A stretch of DNA of 64,000 bases from Chitinophagales bacterium. Lineage in GTDB: Bacteria; Bacteroidota; Bacteroidia; Chitinophagales; S012-47. A program made the position numbers and the translations under genes. The notes beneath the pieces were generated by a model. That model did not search any database. It was not told the origin of the DNA and worked only from the letters and a program-made list of their open reading frames with translations. The stretch's first letter is position 1. The number at the start of each line of letters is the position of its first letter. Below, in pieces: positions 58,383 to 64,000 of the stretch. The stretch lies in NCBI GenBank assembly GCA_015487695.1, contig WFPF01000021.1, positions 2,658 to 66,657 of the forward strand, read 5' to 3'.

Positions 58383-60122
58383 CTATTCTTGAATGCTCCC
58401 AACGACTGAGCCGCAATTGAGCATCATTTTCCCGAAATACGGATTGGCCACTTTTTCAAGATCATTGATCCAGTAGGCACCCTGATCCTGGTTGGCCATC
58501 GGACAGAAGAAAAGGTAAAGCTGTTCTCCGGCACCAAAGGCCTTGGCCGCCCGCGCTATTTCCCTCGACAGGTCAATAAATGCCTTGCGTTGTTCATCGA
58601 TTGAAGCAGCCTTGCTGATAAGGTCAAGCGCCTTGCTGATCGCTGCCTGACGTCCTTTCCAATATGATTCGGGTACCCGCGGCAATCCCGATCCTTTTTG
58701 GGGAGGCAGCAACTCGAGCATGCGTTTTGCTGCTTTCCCGGCACCCTCCACATCCGCATTAACCAGCGACTTTTGCAAATCGAGATAATGCTTCATGACA
58801 GCACTCCACAATTCCTTGAACTGGTCGGGTGTCTGCTTGCGATAATCAGGCACATCTATAAACGGATCCTCGGCATCCGGAGGCTCCTGATCCATCATAC
58901 TGGGTTTGTCGGCCAGTTCCGAAGCAGCATCCACCATGTAGGTACCGTTTACCACAATTTCTTCTCCCGGTTCGAGGCCCGATTTGATAATGTAGGATTC
59001 ACCCAATGCAGGCCCGAGCACGACCTCTCTCATGCGAAAAGCCGGTGCTTCGCTGTCCTTCACCTTGATATAGACCACAGATCTGCGGCCGGTCCACAAA
59101 ACAGCCTGCCTCGGAACCACAATGGAAGAGCTTCCCGAATTAAGGCGTGCCTCCACATGGCCTACAACGAACATTTCAGGCTTCAAAAGGCTTTCCGGAT
59201 TGGACAATTCGGCCCTTACCTCGGCTACCCTGGTTTTTTCGTCTATCACCGGGTCGATATAGTTGATTTGGCCTTTGAATTTCTTGCCGGGGAGCGACTT
59301 GACGGTAAACTCCACATTTTGTCCCTCTTTAATCCATACAAGATCATCCTCGTAGGCATCAAACAATACCCAAACACTGCTCAGGTCAGCCATTCTGTAA
59401 AGCTCCTGACCCAACTGTACATAATCGCCCGCATTGATTTTTTTCTCGATCACATAGCCTGACCTGTCGGCCAGAATCGGAAACTCTTCCTGAATTTTGC
59501 CTTCTTCTTCCAGGGCCCGTATTTGCTCGTCCGTCAGTTTCCAGAGTTTGAGTTTTGTACGTGCTGCCCGCAGCAATACTGGGTTGCTTTTTTCGTACTT
59601 TTTTGCTTCGAAAAGTTCTTCCTGTGCGCTTACCAACTCGGGAGAATAGTAGGATGCCAGCGGTTGTCCGGCCTTTACGTACTCACCGGTAAAGCTTACA
59701 TACAGCTTTTCAATCCGCCCCGGAAAGTGGGAAGTTTGGCTGAATATCTTCCGCTCATCTTCCGAAATACGACCGTTGAGTGTCAGAATCTTGGTTACGC
59801 TGTTGCCTTTCACGACCGCTGTTTCCACGTTGGCGAGCTTCAACGCCCTTTCCGACATTTTCAGGGTGAGAACATCCGATCCTTTTTCCTCTTTGGCTAC
59901 CGGTATCAGATCCATACCGCAAATCGGGCACTGCCCGGGTTCGGGCTGACGAATCTGGGGGTGCATTGAGCAGGTCCAAATTTGACCTTCCTCATGCTCG
60001 TGCCCGTCTGTTTCCGAAACGGCAGTTGATTGTGTGTCACTTCCTCCGGTCATCCGGCCTATCCATATGCCTGCAATCAAGACGAATATGACGGCAAAGG
60101 CAATTTTCATTTTATTTTTCAT
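58383..60122 (-). CDS. cusB: CusB-like RND periplasmic adaptor with heavy-metal-binding and DUF3347 domains
   Basis: WTCSMHPQIR...PG.CPICGMDL, GRIEKL, YSPEL..AQ.E, LKPEM; C-terminal CPMA...NPYFG..M..CG. Confidence 0.9.
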   Translation of the reverse strand: MKNKMKIAFAVIFVLIAGIWIGRMTGGSDTQSTAVSETDGHEHEEGQIWTCSMHPQIRQPEPGQCPICGMDLIPVAKEEKGSDVLTLKMSERALKLANVETAVVKGNSVTKILTLNGRISEDERKIFSQTSHFPGRIEKLYVSFTGEYVKAGQPLASYYSPELVSAQEELFEAKKYEKSNPVLLRAARTKLKLWKLTDEQIRALEEEGKIQEEFPILADRSGYVIEKKINAGDYVQLGQELYRMADLSSVWVLFDAYEDDLVWIKEGQNVEFTVKSLPGKKFKGQINYIDPVIDEKTRVAEVRAELSNPESLLKPEMFVVGHVEARLNSGSSSIVVPRQAVLWTGRRSVVYIKVKDSEAPAFRMREVVLGPALGESYIIKSGLEPGEEIVVNGTYMVDAASELADKPSMMDQEPPDAEDPFIDVPDYRKQTPDQFKELWSAVMKHYLDLQKSLVNADVEGAGKAAKRMLELLPPQKGSGLPRVPESYWKGRQAAISKALDLISKAASIDEQRKAFIDLSREIARAAKAFGAGEQLYLFFCPMANQDQGAYWINDLEKVANPYFGKMMLNCGSVVGSIQE

Positions 60123-60135
60123 TTTATTTCTGTTT

Positions 60136-61407
60136 TTATTGTCCCAATATATATTCCAATCCGGCCCGGCTCTTGTGCTGACCGGCCAACGATTTCTCAA
60201 AGGCAAGCTGATATTTAAGCAGTTCCTCGTCCATGCGCAACAACTCGATAAAGTCGCCCTGACCCGTGCTGTATTCGCTGGTCAGAATACGCAGTGCATG
60301 GCCCGCCTTCTGATACAGGCCCTGGTATAGGACGCTGTTGTCAATGCTGCTTTCAAGATCAAAGCGGTATTTCTCATAAAGTGAAATCAGCAGTTCCTCG
60401 CGGCCCGTTTTTTCAAGTTCGTATCGCTTATAATTCAGCCGCGCCTCTTCCTCGGCAGCCCTGTATTTTTTCCGGTAAATAGGAATCGAAGCACTGATCA
60501 TGGGCATCAATACATTTCTTCCGTTTCCGGCCAGCTCTACATCGCTTCGCTTTCCGATCCATACATAGTCGATGCCGGCTCCAAACTGAGGCATCCCCGA
60601 CTTTTTGGCCAAACTTTCTTCAAAAGCGGTCATTTCCAACCTTTTTGCCAGGGCTTCAAGCTGCGGGTTTTGCGCCAGCTCTTCGGCACTTATATCCAGA
60701 ATATCCTTTTCCAGAACCTCAAGGGTATCGGCAATTTCGACCGAATCGCCCGGTGCGCGGTGCAGCAGTGCATTAAACTTAACCGTCAGAGGCTTGATCT
60801 TTTTAAGCAAAATCTGCTGCTCGGTTTCCAATGATTCGATGCGCATCTGCACCCGTATCAAATCGGCCATGCTTCCTTTTCCGTTTTCATATTTCACTCT
60901 CACCATATTCTCATAGGAATGGAGCAAATCAAGGTTTTCGCGAACTATCTCAATCTCCCTGTACAATTCATACAAATCGTAGTAGCTGCTTTTCACTTCA
61001 AAAAAGAGCTGGTTTCGATAGTCGATAAACTCCGTGTATTTCAGCTCTGCATAGCTTGCAGCAAGCATGCCGCGCTCCTTGAGTGTGCCAAACCACGGAA
61101 ACTGCTGCGTCAATGAGAGCTTTGCATTTTGTGGTCCCACGCGCGTCTCTACCGGACTGATAAAGTAGGCAAAGGAAAGACGCGGATCGGGAAGAGCCGC
61201 TGCCTGGGTGACGCGTTGCATCGCTGATTCGTACGCCTTGTAACGGGCCTGCAGGGTAGGATTGTTTTCCCCGGCATAGCGCAGGTAGGCATCCAGTGTC
61301 TGCGCGCGCAAGCTGCCGGAGGAAAAAAATAAGAGCATAGCCAGCAGGGGAACAAAGACCCTGTCCCGCAACAAACCCGTTGGCTTTTTACATTTATACT
61401 TGTTCAT
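60136..61407 (-). CDS. TolC/CusC-like outer membrane factor
   Basis: NNP.L.A, LPDP, P.ETRVGPQ, Q.FPWFG.L; lies between cusA and cusB. Confidence 0.88.
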   Translation of the reverse strand: MNKYKCKKPTGLLRDRVFVPLLAMLLFFSSGSLRAQTLDAYLRYAGENNPTLQARYKAYESAMQRVTQAAALPDPRLSFAYFISPVETRVGPQNAKLSLTQQFPWFGTLKERGMLAASYAELKYTEFIDYRNQLFFEVKSSYYDLYELYREIEIVRENLDLLHSYENMVRVKYENGKGSMADLIRVQMRIESLETEQQILLKKIKPLTVKFNALLHRAPGDSVEIADTLEVLEKDILDISAEELAQNPQLEALAKRLEMTAFEESLAKKSGMPQFGAGIDYVWIGKRSDVELAGNGRNVLMPMISASIPIYRKKYRAAEEEARLNYKRYELEKTGREELLISLYEKYRFDLESSIDNSVLYQGLYQKAGHALRILTSEYSTGQGDFIELLRMDEELLKYQLAFEKSLAGQHKSRAGLEYILGQ

Positions 61408-64000
61408 GATCACTTGATTTTGAAGATTTTTTCAATTGCATTTCGCGGTAAGAAGAAAACAAAACCGGAACGATAAACATGGTGATAATAGCCACGGTCA
61501 TTCCACCGAATGCCGGTATGGCCATGGGAATCATAATGTCCGACCCTTTTCCCGAAGAAGTCAGCACCGGAAGAAGCGCCAGAAGGGTGGTAGCCGTAGT
61601 CATAATGGCCGGCCGCACTCTTTTAAGGCTTCCTTCAATTACTGTTTTTCTGATTTCTTCAAGGGTAGACGGTTTGTTTTCCTCAAATTGCTGGTGCAGG
61701 TAGGTTCCCATCAGAACCCCGTCATCCGTGGCTATGCCAAAGAGGGCAATAAAGCCGACCCACACAGCCACACTGAGGTTGATGGGGTGTACCTGGAATA
61801 ACTCCCGCATATTGACCCCCATCAAATTGAAATTCAAAAACCAGCTCTGGTCGTAGAACCAAATCATCAGAAAGCCACCGGCAAAGGCCATGGCTACACC
61901 CGAGAACACCATGAGGGTAGTGGTCACCGATCGAAACTGGAAATAGAGAATGAGGAAAATAATACCCAGGACAATCGGAATGAGTATGGACAATCGCTTT
62001 TGCGCTCTTACCGAGTTTTCGTAGTTGCCGGCAAACTTGAAGCTCACTCCGGCCGGCACGATCAGTTTTCCTTCCTTGATACGGTTTTTAATAAAGCGAT
62101 CGGCCTGCTTCACTGCTTCCACTTCCGAATATTCATCCGTACGGTCGAAGAGCACATAACCGGTAAGGAAGGTATTCTCACTTTTGATATTCATCGGGCC
62201 TTTTTCAAACTCGATGTGCACCACATCTCCCAAAGGAATCTGTGCCCCCGATTTGGTCGGGATCAGCATATTCCGGATATCCTCCGGTGAGGTTCTGAAT
62301 TCGCGCGGATAGCGGACACGCACCGGATAACGCTCTCTTCCTTCGAGGGTGCTTGTCAGTTTGATCCCCCCGACTGCCGTTTCGATAAAGTCGGTTACAT
62401 CCTTCACATTGAGGCCATACCTCGAGATAGCCCCCCGGTCAATATTCATCTGCAGATACGGCTTGCCCACAATCCGGTCGGCAAACACCGATGAACGATT
62501 TACTGCCGGCACCTCCTGAAGGATTTTTTCGATTTGAAGGCCGAAGCTTTCAATGGTTTTCAGATCAGGGCCAAATATTTTGATTCCGATAGGAGCCCTC
62601 ATACCCGTTTGCAACATGATAAGCCGGGTCTGGATCGGCTGCAACATCGGGGCCGAAGTCAATCCCGGAATCCGGGTTACTTTTTGTATTTCGGCCCAAA
62701 TATCTCCCGGGCTTTTAATTTCATCTCTCCACTGTCTGAAGTATTGCCCGTGGTCATCCCGAATGAGCAGATCGGTATCAAACCACGGTTGTTCCTCTTT
62801 GTTTACTGCCCTCAGGCTGTCTTCATGACCCGGAACACGAGCCAGAAACAAGCCCTCGTCATTGACCTTAAAGCGGAGTTTTCGTCCGTTCTCATCCTGT
62901 ACATATTCCGGCTTGTAGTGGATGATGTTTTCGTACATGGAGATGGGAGCCGGATCGAGAGCACTTTCTACCCGCCCCGCTTTTCCGACCACCTGGTGCA
63001 CCTCGGGAATGGCGTAGGTAGCCATATCCAGCATGCGCAGATATTCTTTGCTTTGCTCCACACCCGTGTGGGGCATGGAGGTGGGCATCAGCAGAAAAGA
63101 GCCTTCGTCAAGAGCCGGCATGAACTCTTCCTGAACGCCCGGAAAGGTATGCGTCAGTTCGGACCAGACTTTTGTAGTCCTGATATTTACGCCCAGCTTG
63201 TCAAATCCGCTCGCCACCCAGCCAAAGGTGCTTCCAAAACCCATCCATATAGAAAGGCCCAGAAATACAATTATCAGAGGTATGGTGAGGAAGAGGACTT
63301 TGTGGTCGAGAAAAAGGGCAAGAATATGGCGGTAAACCCGGAGAAAAAGCCAGAACAGAAAGAGGAAAAAGCCAACCACCAGGAGTACGAAAGCAAAATT
63401 CATCAGAAGGGAGTTGGCCACGCCCAATGGCATCCACTCACCGGCCAGAAAGCGGGTGGTCACAAAAATGGCAATGGCTCCCTGAATGGCCGTATACAGC
63501 TTGCTGCCCTCCAGATTGATGCCTCTCACTTTGGCATCCGGATATTTTTCACGCAGGAGACTGATGAGGGCAAAGACGAGCAGCGGCCAGCCAATCCAGT
63601 GCATGCTAAAGCCAATATATGCGCCCAGCACGGCCAGAGCCGCGTTCAGCATGAGGCGGGGCCACCTGCGTGTAATCTTGAAGCCGAAAAACCAGCTGGC
63701 AAATGTGGGTACAAAAAAGAGTGCCACAATCAGGGCCGCAACCAATGCAAAGGTCTTGGTATACGCCAGCGGGGAAAACAATTTACCCTCGGCTGCCTGA
63801 AGTGCAAACACCGGAATAAAACTGACAATGGTCGTTGCCACGGCCGTGACAATGGCACCCGACACTTCGGAAGTCGCTTTATAGATGATATCCTTCAGAG
63901 ATTTCCCCTTCTCCTTCATATCCAGATGCCGAAGCATATTCTCCGCCAGCACAATGCCCAGATCGACCATGGTACCGATGGCAATGGCAATACCGGATAA
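61394..64000 (-). CDS. cusA: CusA/CzcA-family heavy-metal RND permease (5' end outside the window)
   Basis: LSGIAIAIGTMVD, EGKLF.PLA.TK, EFMP.LDEG, GKAGR....DPAP, R.RP..MT; frame is open to the window end. Confidence 0.93.
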   Translation of the reverse strand, partial: LSGIAIAIGTMVDLGIVLAENMLRHLDMKEKGKSLKDIIYKATSEVSGAIVTAVATTIVSFIPVFALQAAEGKLFSPLAYTKTFALVAALIVALFFVPTFASWFFGFKITRRWPRLMLNAALAVLGAYIGFSMHWIGWPLLVFALISLLREKYPDAKVRGINLEGSKLYTAIQGAIAIFVTTRFLAGEWMPLGVANSLLMNFAFVLLVVGFFLFLFWLFLRVYRHILALFLDHKVLFLTIPLIIVFLGLSIWMGFGSTFGWVASGFDKLGVNIRTTKVWSELTHTFPGVQEEFMPALDEGSFLLMPTSMPHTGVEQSKEYLRMLDMATYAIPEVHQVVGKAGRVESALDPAPISMYENIIHYKPEYVQDENGRKLRFKVNDEGLFLARVPGHEDSLRAVNKEEQPWFDTDLLIRDDHGQYFRQWRDEIKSPGDIWAEIQKVTRIPGLTSAPMLQPIQTRLIMLQTGMRAPIGIKIFGPDLKTIESFGLQIEKILQEVPAVNRSSVFADRIVGKPYLQMNIDRGAISRYGLNVKDVTDFIETAVGGIKLTSTLEGRERYPVRVRYPREFRTSPEDIRNMLIPTKSGAQIPLGDVVHIEFEKGPMNIKSENTFLTGYVLFDRTDEYSEVEAVKQADRFIKNRIKEGKLIVPAGVSFKFAGNYENSVRAQKRLSILIPIVLGIIFLILYFQFRSVTTTLMVFSGVAMAFAGGFLMIWFYDQSWFLNFNLMGVNMRELFQVHPINLSVAVWVGFIALFGIATDDGVLMGTYLHQQFEENKPSTLEEIRKTVIEGSLKRVRPAIMTTATTLLALLPVLTSSGKGSDIMIPMAIPAFGGMTVAIITMFIVPVLFSSYREMQLKKSSKSSDHEQV

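Noticed and set aside
62534-64000. 488-aa plus-strand ORF
   Set aside because: Fully antisense to cusA with no recognisable motifs; a codon-bias shadow

Overview
A 64-kb chromosomal segment from a Bacteroidota bacterium, judged from TAnnTTTG -7 promoters, T9SS cargo with PorP/SprF, and the MoxR-Bat operon. It has about 59 genes and no rRNA, tRNA, CRISPR array or mobile element that I can see. Contents in order: a split Rv2004c-like kinase pair; phenylalanine 4-hydroxylase (phhA); an SDR; a DUF3365 cytochrome c lipoprotein; a DUF6263/DUF3089/DUF6263/CPBP unit; thiL; TetR-TolC-MFP-RND efflux; an ABC exporter; rnhB; a 1642-aa type-B T9SS protein with PorP/SprF; gcvT; an M14 peptidase; MazG-like/dtd/rsgA/GGGP synthase; the MoxR-DUF58-BatABCDE operon; mscS/mscL; hutG; TetR(PaaR)-paaABCD; a macrodomain/crcB/HEAT-cyclophilin unit; ndh plus a MenA-like prenyltransferase; a TPP-riboswitch-controlled TonB receptor; a type-A T9SS protein; and a truncated Cus-like metal efflux operon. 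The best find is below the ORF track's size cutoff: a tyrosine-sensing transcription attenuator upstream of phhA, made of a 21-aa leader peptide with five consecutive Tyr codons, an antiterminator segment and an 11-bp terminator. Other notable signals are an exact PaaR-type operator, an FNR/CRP-like box at about -41.5, a Cys-bracketed domain inserted inside one Ig-like repeat of the large T9SS protein, and a secreted protein with a DJ-1/GATase-like Cys-His motif. All family calls come from motif recognition by eye; no database searches were run.
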